A stretch of 64,000 bases of DNA from positions 1 through 64,000 of the forward strand of contig JBDRCC010000022.1 of the NCBI GenBank assembly GCA_043822065.1, read 5' to 3'. Numbering within the stretch: position 1 is the stretch's first letter; every line of letters begins with the position of its first letter. The notes under the pieces are model-generated. The model ran no database searches. It worked only from the letters and a program-made list of their open reading frames with translations, and was not told the DNA's origin. This DNA is from an archaeon. GTDB taxonomy: Archaea; Undinarchaeota; CAZHTU01; JBDRCC01. Shown piece by piece: positions 27,221-37,037 of the stretch. The position numbers and the translations under genes are program-made.

Positions 27221-28348
27221 TTAGCCTTTTTTCACCCCGTACCAGACATGGTCTATCAGGAAGTCTTGAAGGTTCTGCGGCGGGGTGTACCTCCAGATAT
27301 CTGGAACGCCAAGCTTCGCAAAGAGCGCCTTGAGGGATTCCTCGTTTTTTATGGACGTCATGTCATCCCGCTCCCGGTCTGTGAACATTATAAAGCCGCC
27401 GGGCTTAAGAACCCGCAGGATCTCCCTAATGGTCGCCTCCTGCGAAAAAACATATGGCAGGACTGAAATGGCGATGGCGCAGTCAAAGGTTTTGCCCTTG
27501 GCCGGGATTTTGTCAGGCTTAATCTGGGCGAAGGATACATTTTTTACACCATGCTTTTTTGCCATCATGCCAGCCACCCGAAGCATCGAGGGGCTTGGGT
27601 CGACGGCAAGTGTCTTCTCTGAAACCTCCTCCAAACAAAACAAAGTTGAGCCGTCTCCGGTCCCATAGTCGATGCTATGTTTGAAAAGAGCTTTCCCTTT
27701 CTTATACTCGAAGCCGGCAAGCCTAAGGCAGTCCACAAGGGCTACGGCAAAAGCGCAGGAAGAGTATTCCCTCGCCCAGGAGTAAACCATGGAAGAGACT
27801 GCCCACTCTATCCGCTCCATCTTTGCCCAAAGCCGGGGAATGTCCCGCTTAAGGTACCTAAGAGTTGGCTTAGAGAAGAAGACGGGGTAGTACATTTTGG
27901 TGCCGAGGTTTTCCGGGCTGTCCTCTGCAACGAGGAAGAGGTGGCATCTATCGCCTTTCGTGGGGAACAGCAGGACATAGGTCAGCTTAAACTTGCCAGG
28001 GGAGAATACACGCGTTAGCGAATATTCAAGGCCAAACGGCAGGTAGGATGCAATATTGAGTGATTCGTTTTCGACCAGCTTGACCTCCTTCGCGGCAAGC
28101 CGCTTTGCGAGGTTAGAATACTTCTCAAAGCGCTTAGCTGGCACGTTGTCGACGGGGATTGGGAATTCGAGTATTAAGCCGAATGACGTGTAGTCGTTGT
28201 GCGCAGACAGTATCTTGCCGACCAGCTCCGCAGTAGGCTTTTTCATGACGTCGGATTCCTCGTGAAGCTGTTTTCGGAATATGCCCTCTGCCTGCTCCGG
28301 ATGTATCATATTAGACGTATTGCAATATGGATATATAAGCCTAACCAA
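27221..28348 (-). CDS. Class I SAM-dependent methyltransferase with unknown N-terminal domain
   Basis: IDYGTGDG motif I, VDPS..ML, FDCAI, RVLKPGG. Confidence 0.85.
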   Translation of the reverse strand: MVRLIYPYCNTSNMIHPEQAEGIFRKQLHEESDVMKKPTAELVGKILSAHNDYTSFGLILEFPIPVDNVPAKRFEKYSNLAKRLAAKEVKLVENESLNIASYLPFGLEYSLTRVFSPGKFKLTYVLLFPTKGDRCHLFLVAEDSPENLGTKMYYPVFFSKPTLRYLKRDIPRLWAKMERIEWAVSSMVYSWAREYSSCAFAVALVDCLRLAGFEYKKGKALFKHSIDYGTGDGSTLFCLEEVSEKTLAVDPSPSMLRVAGMMAKKHGVKNVSFAQIKPDKIPAKGKTFDCAIAISVLPYVFSQEATIREILRVLKPGGFIMFTDRERDDMTSIKNEESLKALFAKLGVPDIWRYTPPQNLQDFLIDHVWYGVKKG

Positions 28349-28421
28349 ACGGCTTAGTCCTTGCGCTCAGAAAATAGCGATAAAAAGTAAGGTTTAAGAC
28401 AGGAATAGCCTTTTAGGTTGC

Positions 28422-29198
28422 ATGCCATTCCTAAAAAAGCTCGCGCTGTTCTTCATTGGAGGATTTTTAGGGCTGTTCCTGAGCCTGTTCATCCTTGGGC
28501 AGGCGATGGACAAGACAGTATTTAGCGCAGATTTTTATGACGCAGAGTTTGAGAAGTACGGGATGTATGATTTTATGCTCGAACAGATGACGCCGCCGGA
28601 TGCCAGCCAGGAGACGCTGGAGTCTTTTGAAAAGTATTATACTAAGGACTGGCTCCGAGGCCAGTTCAGCGGGAACCTCCAAAACATATTTGCCTACCTC
28701 AAAGGCGAAAGCGATGAGCTGGTACTTGGCTACTCGCTCGTAGAGATAAAAGAAAGGATGTTAGAGGACAACCCGACCGCAGACTTGAGCGGCATCCCGG
28801 ACAGGACTGAAAATGCAGCCCTCCCTAACCAGGAGCTTGTCGAGAGCTTTCGGGCAGTCTTCATTTTATTCTACCGGTTTTCTGGCCTTGCCCTGCCACT
28901 GGCGGGGGCGTGTATCGTCTTAGTATTTGCAGTCTCGCGTGACGCAGTATTTACTGCCAGAAGAGTGGGCAGGTCGGTCATGAATACTGGGCTTTCATTC
29001 GTGGTGCTTTATTATGCCAGCGCGTATCTGCCCAGCGGAGGAATGCCTGCTGCAGGAGGGCTCTCGCTTGAGGTTGTTGCACCCATTATGGCGGACGCGC
29101 TCCTGCCATTTAGGGCGTACGGCTTCTGGTTTGCTGGCATTGGGGCGGTCGTGTACGCACTTGCCATAGCTGCGGGCAGGCATCGTGGCAATCAATAA
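28422..29198 (+). CDS. Membrane protein of unknown function
   Basis: N-terminal TM segment, a soluble loop, three C-terminal TM segments. Confidence 0.7.
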   Translation: MPFLKKLALFFIGGFLGLFLSLFILGQAMDKTVFSADFYDAEFEKYGMYDFMLEQMTPPDASQETLESFEKYYTKDWLRGQFSGNLQNIFAYLKGESDELVLGYSLVEIKERMLEDNPTADLSGIPDRTENAALPNQELVESFRAVFILFYRFSGLALPLAGACIVLVFAVSRDAVFTARRVGRSVMNTGLSFVVLYYASAYLPSGGMPAAGGLSLEVVAPIMADALLPFRAYGFWFAGIGAVVYALAIAAGRHRGNQ

Positions 29199-29236
29199 AG
29201 TTTATTAAAGCGAACAGGTAATAGGGGACTGGGGAT

Positions 29237-29926
29237 ATGTTCGGCAAAAAGAAATATTTGGACAACAAGCGGGACACTGTCTACTGCCCGATACGCGAAA
29301 GCATGTGCAGTATTGCCGAAATCTGCCCTGCGGCAGGCAAGGATGACGATTACCAGGGGCTTGCCCTCCTCATAGGTGTTGCGGAGGACGAGACCTGGAG
29401 GCAGTTTGCAGAAATTATGCCTGACACCTATTTTGTGCTGGCTGAGCTTGATGGGGAATCGCTCGATACGCAGATTAAAAGAGCAAGAAAGGCTGGAATT
29501 GAAAACTTCGGCGTAAAGCAGGTTTCTGGAAGTGGGGTCCCGTTCAGCGACAAGATGTTCAAGCGCATTGAATCCCATTACGTGCTTACTTCCCAAGGCA
29601 GCCGGGGAAAGGTTAGGTTTGCAAAACCTATCCTGGACGAGTATTTCCGCGTGCTAGACGACGATGGCGTGCTGCTGATATCTGGGGAATTGAGGATAAA
29701 GGGCGGGGACGAGGAAGACTATGTAAAAGAGCTCCACGCATATCTGGAGGGAAAGAGGAAAGAGGGGTACACGGTCGGCATGCACACTATGCCGCTCTCT
29801 GAGACTGGGACATACTACGGGCAGGTAAACATAACGTACTACATCTCAAAGGATAAGGCTGCCCTCAAGCGTGAACTCAACAGGGTCAAAAAAGTATACG
29901 GCCTGAAGGACGTTGAGCTAAAGTAG
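29237..29926 (+). CDS. Hypothetical protein, possibly a degenerate methyltransferase fold
   Basis: VPFSDKMF and EYFRVLDDDGVLLI resemble MTase motifs II/III; no clear motif I. Confidence 0.55.
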   Translation: MFGKKKYLDNKRDTVYCPIRESMCSIAEICPAAGKDDDYQGLALLIGVAEDETWRQFAEIMPDTYFVLAELDGESLDTQIKRARKAGIENFGVKQVSGSGVPFSDKMFKRIESHYVLTSQGSRGKVRFAKPILDEYFRVLDDDGVLLISGELRIKGGDEEDYVKELHAYLEGKRKEGYTVGMHTMPLSETGTYYGQVNITYYISKDKAALKRELNRVKKVYGLKDVELK

Positions 29927-29927
29927 A

Positions 29928-30185
29928 GTGGCAGTTGGGGGAGTAATTATTTATAGTTGGTTTTATTTCCAAGAAGCCATGAAGCCAAAGCTGACAAGAG
30001 AGTCGAGCAATGAGGATTTCAGGCAAGACTACCTTTTATGGCGGAAGCAGCCGCTTGACGAGGAGCTTGCAAAATTTGAGAGCATATTAAAGGGCTGGGA
30101 GTCGAAACGGGCAGAAGCCGAAAAGGAGATTGCCTGGTACTCAAATCAAGCCAATATAATAAAAGAGGTCCTCGCCCAAAAGTAA
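29928..30185 (+). CDS. Small coiled-coil hypothetical protein (start uncertain, possibly ATG 29979)
   Basis: Helical charged ORF following a TATA-like box. Confidence 0.5.
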   Translation: MAVGGVIIYSWFYFQEAMKPKLTRESSNEDFRQDYLLWRKQPLDEELAKFESILKGWESKRAEAEKEIAWYSNQANIIKEVLAQK

Positions 30186-30188
30186 AGC

Positions 30189-30350
30189 TTATTTTGGGAG
30201 GGGGATTGGCGTGCCAGTGTCCTTGCCCTCTTTCTCTCTTCGCCTGCACATCTTACAGACGCCTTTCTTTTCAGATTCCTGGATCGTCTTCAGCGTCCAC
30301 CAAGAGTCCATTGGAAGGCCGCAGTCCTTGCAGCGGGATATTTTTGCCAT
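30189..30350 (-). CDS. Small zinc-finger protein (53 aa)
   Basis: Not in the track. MAKISRCKDCGLPM...GVCKMCRRREK has two CxxC motifs and follows the lipoate ligase gene. Confidence 0.65.
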   Translation of the reverse strand: MAKISRCKDCGLPMDSWWTLKTIQESEKKGVCKMCRRREKEGKDTGTPIPLPK

Positions 30351-30365
30351 GAGCACAATAAGGAT

Positions 30366-31130
30366 TTATCTTTTATAAAGCCACTCGTCCGTGCCGTATT
30401 TTGTTTTCGCAAGCTCCTCTGCGAGCTCAAGCTCATAGTCAGTAAGGCCTGAGACCTTGAACTTGCCAAAGACCTTTTCGAAGCCCTTCGCCATCGCCTT
30501 TTCGACTTCCGCGCCGCCGACGTTTTTGCTTTTCCCAATCAGTTCGAGCTGCTGGTTTATGTTCGTAACCCTGTCCTTAATTGACTGGAGGATTTTGTCC
30601 GCCATCTTCGCCTTCGAGACGTTGAGGACTGAGAAAAGCAGGTCCATGTCTGTTCCGTACATCATGGTCCCGTGCTGGAGGACTGCGCCCCATTTCCGGG
30701 TCTGTGCCGAGCCAGAAATCTTCTTCCCGCCTGCGAGCACGTCGTTTATCGGCTTGAACTCCGCGGCGATTCCAAACTCCGCAAGAGCGTTGACAAGCCC
30801 CTGGCAGATTAGCTTGTAGGAGTCCTGGATGTTGCTGCTGACCGATTTTTCCGAGAGGATGACAGAATAGGTTATCTCGCCGTTGTAATCGTGAAAAACC
30901 GCCCCTCCTCCAGTTATCCTCCGGACTGCGTCGACGCTAGACTTCAGCCGGTTTTCGTGGAATATCTCCTGCTCATAAGACTGGAAGTAGCCAAGGCTGA
31001 CTGATGATGGGTTGAACTTGAAAAGCCTGAAAGTGTCCGGAACCTTGCCCTCGGACCTGGCACGGAGGATTGCTTCGTCGATTGCCATTGACAACGCGGC
31101 GTTATCTTCGCGTAATGGAACCAGCCTCAT
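30366..31130 (-). CDS. Lipoate-protein ligase / octanoyltransferase catalytic subunit
   Basis: MAIDEA, RRITGGGAVFHD, KKISGSAQ, LQHGT. Start set at ATG 31130 (MRLVPL). Confidence 0.92.
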   Translation of the reverse strand: MRLVPLREDNAALSMAIDEAILRARSEGKVPDTFRLFKFNPSSVSLGYFQSYEQEIFHENRLKSSVDAVRRITGGGAVFHDYNGEITYSVILSEKSVSSNIQDSYKLICQGLVNALAEFGIAAEFKPINDVLAGGKKISGSAQTRKWGAVLQHGTMMYGTDMDLLFSVLNVSKAKMADKILQSIKDRVTNINQQLELIGKSKNVGGAEVEKAMAKGFEKVFGKFKVSGLTDYELELAEELAKTKYGTDEWLYKR

Positions 31131-31980
31131 TTTCCAATTTGAAATAAAACTCCGCAGCTTTATAGGAGCTTCGCACGAACGGTCCTGACGCCACATACCT
31201 GAACCCTTTTTCAATGCCAACCCGCTCGTATTCCTCGAACTTGGAGGGGTGGACATACTCTGCGACTTCGGCGTTTTCCTTTGTCGGCTGGAGGTACTGC
31301 CCTATAGTCAGGAAATCTGTGCCTGCCGAGCGCAGGTCGTCCATCGCTTCCTCAACTTCGTCCTGGGTTTCGCCGACACCGACCATTATGCCAGATTTTG
31401 TATATAAATTTGGATCGATTTCCTTAAGCTTTTTGAGAACTGCAAGTGACGTTCCGTATCCTGCGCGCCTGTCCCGCATTTTTGGAGCCAGCCTTGCAAC
31501 GACTTCGATATTGTGGGCGACGACATTCGGCCGGGCGGAAGAAATCATAGTCAGGCGTTTTTCGTCGGCTCCAAAATCAGGGATGAGCGCTTCGACAGGT
31601 ATGCCTGCCGCACGCACGGACTTGATGCAGCTTGCAAAGTGACCTGCGCCGGCGTCAGGAAGGTCGTCCCGGTCGACAGAAGTCAGGACTGCGTACTTTA
31701 ACCCCCATTTGGTTGCAACCTTCGCCAGGCTCGCAGGCTCTTTTGAGTTCAGCGGCTCGCCTTTGCTGCCTGTGCGTACTGAACAAAAGCTGCAGTGGCG
31801 GGTGCAAACGTGGCCCATGAGCATAAAGGTTGCAGTCCCAGAATCCCAGCAGGCGCCCTGGTTCGGGCAGCGCGCGCCCTGGCAGACAGTATAAAGCCCA
31901 TGCTCGCTGAGGTCCCTGAGAATGCTGTTGTAATTGGGGCTGAATTTTGGGTGGACCCTGAGCCACTCTGGCTTTCTCAT
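31102..31980 (-). CDS. lipA: Lipoyl synthase
   Basis: RKPEWL, CQGARCPNQGAC, CTRHCSFC, TSVDRDDL, VRSSY. Confidence 0.96.
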   Translation of the reverse strand: MRKPEWLRVHPKFSPNYNSILRDLSEHGLYTVCQGARCPNQGACWDSGTATFMLMGHVCTRHCSFCSVRTGSKGEPLNSKEPASLAKVATKWGLKYAVLTSVDRDDLPDAGAGHFASCIKSVRAAGIPVEALIPDFGADEKRLTMISSARPNVVAHNIEVVARLAPKMRDRRAGYGTSLAVLKKLKEIDPNLYTKSGIMVGVGETQDEVEEAMDDLRSAGTDFLTIGQYLQPTKENAEVAEYVHPSKFEEYERVGIEKGFRYVASGPFVRSSYKAAEFYFKLENEAGSITRR

Positions 31981-32030
31981 GTCGATATTATGGGCGCAAA
32001 GCAATTAAAAGTTGTCGGATTAGCAGTAGC

Positions 32031-33152
32031 ATGCTCGCGGGGTTCATAGTAAATCCCATAGCCGGGATGGGTGGAAAAGTAGGCTTAAAAGGCACCGACG
32101 GCCAGGTCAGGAGGGCGCTAGAACTTGGGGCAAAAATGGTAGCGCCGGAGCACGCAAGGGAGTTTCTTGGCGCGCTGAAGAAGGACATAGAATTTATCAC
32201 CTGCCCTGGCGAAATGGGCGAGGATTACCTAAGGGGCTCGAGGTTCGGCTTTGAGGTTGCAGGCAAAAAAAAGCTCCAGCATGGCGAGGATGGCATGCCG
32301 AAAACGACTGCCGCAGACACTAAGAGGATGGCAAAAAGGATTCTCGAGGAAAAGCCGCACATAATCGTCTTTGTTGGCGGGGACGGGACTGCAAGAGATG
32401 TATACTCGGCAGTCAAGGACAACATCCCCATTCTTGGAGTCCCTTCCGGTGTCAAGGTCTACTCCTCCGTCTTCGGAGGATCACCAGATGAGTCAGCTGC
32501 GCTCTTAGATATGTTTGCGGACGGGGCAGTGCCTGCAAAAGCCTGCGAAGTCCTCGACATTGATGAAGCAAAATACAGAAAGGGCATTCTAGACACAAAG
32601 CTGGTGGGCTACGCAAAAGTGCCGTACTACGAGTCGCTGATACCTGGCGGCAAATCAGCGAGCACGATTTCAGAGGAGGAGGAGCACGAGGCGATTGCGA
32701 AGAGGATAGCTTACGAGATTGATGCGGGACTGTACCTGTTCGGGCCTGGGACGACGGTAGCCGAATGCTCGAAGATGCTCGGGCTAAAGCACACCCTCTT
32801 AGGGGTTGACATAGTGGAAGTCGACAGGCAGAGGAAACCGTGCGTGCTGAAGCTTGACGCAAACGAGAGGGACATTCTCGCGGAGATGAAAAGGCACGGG
32901 AACAGGGTGAAGGTAATCGTCTCCCCCATCGGAAAGCAGGGGTTCATCTTTGGCAGGGGGAACCAGCAGATTTCAGAAAACGTGCTGAAATACGTTTCCA
33001 AGGAGGACGTCCTGGTTGTCGCGACGCAGAACAAGCTGAACGAGGTCAAATTCTTGAGGGTCGACGTCAACCCAGAGATAAATTCAAGGTTCCAGGGATA
33101 CATGAAGGTCATTGTCAGCTACAGTGACAGCAAAATACAAAAGGTAGTCTGA
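32031..33152 (+). CDS. ATP-NAD kinase family protein
   Basis: VNPIAGMGG, GGDGTARD, PSGVK, GRGNQQ. Confidence 0.88.
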   Translation: MLAGFIVNPIAGMGGKVGLKGTDGQVRRALELGAKMVAPEHAREFLGALKKDIEFITCPGEMGEDYLRGSRFGFEVAGKKKLQHGEDGMPKTTAADTKRMAKRILEEKPHIIVFVGGDGTARDVYSAVKDNIPILGVPSGVKVYSSVFGGSPDESAALLDMFADGAVPAKACEVLDIDEAKYRKGILDTKLVGYAKVPYYESLIPGGKSASTISEEEEHEAIAKRIAYEIDAGLYLFGPGTTVAECSKMLGLKHTLLGVDIVEVDRQRKPCVLKLDANERDILAEMKRHGNRVKVIVSPIGKQGFIFGRGNQQISENVLKYVSKEDVLVVATQNKLNEVKFLRVDVNPEINSRFQGYMKVIVSYSDSKIQKVV

Positions 33153-33166
33153 CATCAGGATAAAAT

Positions 33167-34474
33167 ATGAAAGCCGTAGTAATCGGGGCTGGGGTTGCAG
33201 GGACGACTGCCGCGCTTGAACTTAAAAAGCTGGACCGGCGGTCAGAAGTGGTCCTGCTTGAAGCAACCAAATACCCGGAATACTCCCACTGCGGAATGCC
33301 GTTTTCCCTTGAGGGCATGTTCCCGCCCGAGAGCCTTATCTCCCACCCGGCAGAGTTCTATAAACGTGCAGGGATAGACCTCCGGCTGAATGCAAAAGTC
33401 AAAAAAATAAAGCCGAAGGAGCGGAAAGTAATTCTTGAGGGCAAAGAAGAGGGTTATGACTACCTAATAATTGCCACTGGCGGAAAGGCGTTTGTCCCGC
33501 CAATTGAGGGAATTGACAAGGAAGGGGTAGCCGGCCTCAACGTAATGGACGAGCTCAAGGAGCTCTTGCGGCTTTCTAAGAAATCAAAGAGGGCGGTCGT
33601 CATAGGCGCCGGCCTCATCGGGCTTGAGACTGCAGTTGCGCTGGAGAGCCTTGGCATTGAAGTGACCGTCGTAGAGATGTTGAACCAGATCATCCCGATA
33701 ATCGACAAGGACATGGCAGAGTATGCCCAGCGCCACATGGAATCCAGAGGAGTAGAATTCAAGCTCGAGAAAAAAGTAGAGCGCATACTCGGCAAGGGCA
33801 ATGTTGAGGGCGTCATGGTTTCTGGGGAGAAAATTGGCTGTGACCTTGTCGTCCTTGCGACAGGCACGCTGGCGAACTCCGGCCTGGCGAAGGACGCAGG
33901 GCTTAAGGCTGGCCCGTTCGGAATAGAGGTTGACGAGTACCTGCGAACAAGCGATGAGAGGATATACGCCATCGGGGACAGTATCCAGGTAAAAGACTTT
34001 TTTTGCAGGAAGTCGTCGGCTGCGCGGCTGAGCAGCATTGCGCTTATCCAGGGAAGAGTCGCCGCGGCAAACATCGCCGGCAGAAAAAAGAGGTTCGACG
34101 GCGGGCTCAACTCCACTGTGACAAAGCTCTTCGACCTGGAAGTGGGGCGGGTTGGGCTTGATTCGAACCTGGCTGGATGCCTTGGGGTTGAGGTGCAGAG
34201 CTCAAAATTCAAGGGCGCATCCAGGATTGAGTATTACCCTGATAAAAAGGACGTGGTTGTAAAGATAATATTCGACAAAAGAGGGAAAGTGCTTGGGTTC
34301 CAGTCGGTCGGGCCGGACTCGTTTGGAAGGGTTGCGGCGCTGGCAATCGGCATACAAAAGGGTGTGACGCTTGAGGACCTGACAAAAGTGGAGTTCCCCT
34401 TCGCCCCGCCAATTTCGCCGGCAATCGAGCCTATCCACGTCGCCGCCGAGCTCGGGCTCAGGAGGCTGAAATGA
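33167..34474 (+). CDS. FAD-dependent NADH oxidase / CoA-disulfide reductase family protein
   Basis: GAGVAG, single redox Cys in YSHCGMP, GAGLIGLE, YAIGD, FAPP. Confidence 0.88.
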   Translation: MKAVVIGAGVAGTTAALELKKLDRRSEVVLLEATKYPEYSHCGMPFSLEGMFPPESLISHPAEFYKRAGIDLRLNAKVKKIKPKERKVILEGKEEGYDYLIIATGGKAFVPPIEGIDKEGVAGLNVMDELKELLRLSKKSKRAVVIGAGLIGLETAVALESLGIEVTVVEMLNQIIPIIDKDMAEYAQRHMESRGVEFKLEKKVERILGKGNVEGVMVSGEKIGCDLVVLATGTLANSGLAKDAGLKAGPFGIEVDEYLRTSDERIYAIGDSIQVKDFFCRKSSAARLSSIALIQGRVAAANIAGRKKRFDGGLNSTVTKLFDLEVGRVGLDSNLAGCLGVEVQSSKFKGASRIEYYPDKKDVVVKIIFDKRGKVLGFQSVGPDSFGRVAALAIGIQKGVTLEDLTKVEFPFAPPISPAIEPIHVAAELGLRRLK

Positions 34475-35316
34475 CTGCAAAGCTGATGGATGGGAAGGCG
34501 GCTGCGCAGGAGGTAGTCGACGCGCTGAAAAAGGAGGTATCCAGCTTCACTAAAAAGCCAGGGCTTGCGCTTATTCTCGTCGGAGACGACCCGGCGTCGA
34601 AGATTTATACTGCCAGCAAGGAGAAGCGCTGTGCAGAGATAGGCATCAGGTCGGAGATGAACCGCCTGCCGGAGAAGACGAGCCAGAGGGAGCTCATTTC
34701 GCTGATTGAGAAGCTGAACAAAGACAACAGCATCCACGGGATAATCGTCCAGCTTCCCCTGCCAAAGCACCTTGACCCGGCCGAAGCTGCAGCCAAGATA
34801 AGCCAGGACAAGGATGTCGACGGGATTTCCCCTGCAAATATGGGGCGGCTTTTGAGGGGGGAAGACTGCCTTGTGCCGTGCACCCCGCAGGGCATAATGT
34901 ACCTGCTGAAAAAGTATGGGGTTGAGATAAACGGCAAACGGGCGTCAATCGTCGGGAGGTCAAACATCGTAGGCAAACCGGTTTCAGTCCTTCTGCTCAA
35001 CGAGCACGCAACAGTAACCATATGCCATTCGAGGACGGCAGACCTTTGCGCAGAGACAAAAAAGGCTGACATCCTCGTCGCCGCGGTTGGGAAAGCAAGG
35101 ATGATTAAGGCAGACATGGTCAAGAAAGGGGCGGCAGTCATCGACGTCGGCATGAACCGGACCGCAGACGGCCTCGCGGGTGATGTGGATTTTGACTCAG
35201 TGAGCAAAATCGCAGGCTGGATAACGCCAGTGCCGGGCGGGGTGGGCTTGATGACTGTTGCTATGCTCATGAAAAACACGGTTGAAGCCTACAAGAGGCT
35301 GGAGGGCTTGAAATGA
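34471..35316 (+). CDS. folD: Methylenetetrahydrofolate dehydrogenase/cyclohydrolase
   Basis: VQLPLP, KDVDG, PCTP, GRSNIVGKP, TPVPGGVG. Confidence 0.97.
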   Translation: MTAKLMDGKAAAQEVVDALKKEVSSFTKKPGLALILVGDDPASKIYTASKEKRCAEIGIRSEMNRLPEKTSQRELISLIEKLNKDNSIHGIIVQLPLPKHLDPAEAAAKISQDKDVDGISPANMGRLLRGEDCLVPCTPQGIMYLLKKYGVEINGKRASIVGRSNIVGKPVSVLLLNEHATVTICHSRTADLCAETKKADILVAAVGKARMIKADMVKKGAAVIDVGMNRTADGLAGDVDFDSVSKIAGWITPVPGGVGLMTVAMLMKNTVEAYKRLEGLK

Positions 35317-35927
35317 CAAACATTGCAGTTCTTGTTTCCGGCCGCGGCTCAAACCTGCAGGCGCTGATTGACCGGGCTGAGTCGGGATACATCCCTGGCA
35401 AAATCACAGTCGTCATTTCCAACAAGAAAGATGCCTACGGGCTCGAGAGGGCGCGAAAGCATGGAATCCCAGCGGAGTATGTCCATATGGAACCAGGCGA
35501 AGCGCGCGAGGAATATGACAAAAAAATAATTACGGTTCTTGAAAAATACAAGGTGGACCTCGTGTGCCTCGCAGGCTACATGTTCATTGTCAGCCCGCAA
35601 TTCGTCAAGAGATACAAGTACTGCATGATGAATGTCCACCCGGCTTTGCTTCCGGCATTTGCAGGCGGGACGCACGCCCAGAAAGAGGCGATTGACTGGG
35701 GCGTCAAGGTCGCAGGATGCACGGTCCATTTCGTCACAGACGAGGTTGACGGAGGGCCGATAATAGTCCAAAAGACGGTCCCTGTGCTTGAGAACGATAA
35801 TATTGAAACGATCTCAAGAAGGATTCTCAGGCAGGAGCACAGGGCGTATTCGGAAGCAGTCAGGCTCTTCTGCGAGGGGAGACTCAAAGTGGAGGGCAGA
35901 AAAGTGAAGGTGCTCCCTGAGAAATGA
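35313..35927 (+). CDS. purN: Phosphoribosylglycinamide formyltransferase
   Basis: SGRGSNLQA, LAGYM, NVHPALLP, GCTVHFV...DGGPII. Confidence 0.97.
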   Translation: MTNIAVLVSGRGSNLQALIDRAESGYIPGKITVVISNKKDAYGLERARKHGIPAEYVHMEPGEAREEYDKKIITVLEKYKVDLVCLAGYMFIVSPQFVKRYKYCMMNVHPALLPAFAGGTHAQKEAIDWGVKVAGCTVHFVTDEVDGGPIIVQKTVPVLENDNIETISRRILRQEHRAYSEAVRLFCEGRLKVEGRKVKVLPEK

Positions 35928-35949
35928 TTTAAAATGGAGGGGGATTAGT

Positions 35950-36681
35950 TTGGCTATGAAACCTAAGATGTTAGACGCTCTAAAGCTGGAGCCGGCGGAA
36001 AAGCTGACTGTACTGATTGGGCTTTTTATTGCATCGCTTGTTGCTGCAAACCTCCTTGGAAACAAGATAAGCGTCCTTGCCGGGATAAGCGTCTCAGTCG
36101 GCATATTCGCGTACCCGATAACGTTCCTTATTGCGAACATATTCGGGGAAGTTGACGGGCCAAGAATCCCCAGAATGCTTGTTGTAAGCGGCATCGTCTC
36201 GATAATTGCAGTTTTGGTGCTCACGTCAGTCTCGATTGCCCTGCCGCCAGCGGCGCGGTTCACCTACAACGACGCATACGTGCAGGTGTTTTCCTCGACC
36301 CGCAGGATAATGGTCGGGAGCCTCGTAGCATTTGCATTCGCGCAGATGCTCAACATCCGGCTCTTCGACGCGCTCAAGGGGCGCCTATCCGGCAAGCATG
36401 CATGGCTTAGGTACAACGCAGCAGTCACAACGAGCCAGTTTTTCGACACTGCAGTATTCTACTTCATTGCGTTCTACAAATTGACGCCAACGTTCACGGG
36501 GCCATTCGTTATTTCACTCATATTCCCCTACTGGTTCATGAAGTGCGCCTTCTCGCTCCTCAGCACGCCGGTTTTCTACGGCGGCGTGAAATGGTTCAAG
36601 AAAGGCGCAAAGCCAGGGCTTCCGCCCATGGCAATCCCAGTTTCGGCGCCTCAGCCTGCGGCCCACAGGAAAAAAAGGTAA
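35950..36681 (+). CDS. Queuosine/archaeosine precursor transporter (YhhQ/VUT family)
   Basis: YPITFL...EV.G, RI..GSL.AF...Q, WLR...SQFFDT..F..IAF. Confidence 0.85.
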   Translation: MAMKPKMLDALKLEPAEKLTVLIGLFIASLVAANLLGNKISVLAGISVSVGIFAYPITFLIANIFGEVDGPRIPRMLVVSGIVSIIAVLVLTSVSIALPPAARFTYNDAYVQVFSSTRRIMVGSLVAFAFAQMLNIRLFDALKGRLSGKHAWLRYNAAVTTSQFFDTAVFYFIAFYKLTPTFTGPFVISLIFPYWFMKCAFSLLSTPVFYGGVKWFKKGAKPGLPPMAIPVSAPQPAAHRKKR

Positions 36682-37017
36682 TCAGCCGAGGAGCTTTTCA
36701 ATCCGCGCTGCGAACTCAGGGCACCCATGGACATTGTTGCGGAGGCTCCCGACTGCGCGGCGGTACTGGGCTACCGTTCCCAGGAGGAGGACATCCGTCT
36801 GCTTGACTTTGCAGGTCACAGTCCCGGCTGCGACTGCAGCGTCTCCGCCGGCAGAAAGCATTGTCTGCTTCAATATGTTTGCGGACCCAGCTGGAACTTT
36901 TTCAATCAGAATAAGCCGGAATTTTGCCTTTGGGAGCATTATTTCAATGCCCTCCCTCTGGCTTCCGAGGTCCCGCATCGCCTTTTCAGCATCGATTTCA
37001 GGTATCCGCCTGTCCAT
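36682..37017 (-). CDS. Stand-alone N-terminal extension domain of long-form FolP (pteroate-reductase-like)
   Basis: GIEIM..K...ANILKQTMLSAGGDAAV...TDVLLLGT..Q pattern, as seen at the N-terminus of long FolP proteins. No DHPS barrel follows. Confidence 0.7.
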   Translation of the reverse strand: MDRRIPEIDAEKAMRDLGSQREGIEIMLPKAKFRLILIEKVPAGSANILKQTMLSAGGDAAVAAGTVTCKVKQTDVLLLGTVAQYRRAVGSLRNNVHGCPEFAARIEKLLG

Positions 37018-37037
37018 GCTCTGAGAACCCCTGCTGC

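Noticed and set aside
31131-31256. N-terminal extensions given by the ORF track for the lipoate ligase (also 49285-49371, 50466-50696, 50401-50499, 43444-43641, 12577-12645)
   Set aside because: They overlap neighbouring genes; family motifs begin at downstream starts.
33167-34474. Direct call as dihydrolipoamide dehydrogenase (gcvL)
   Set aside because: It lacks the CxxxxC redox disulfide; the single-Cys motif fits the NADH oxidase/CoADR family.
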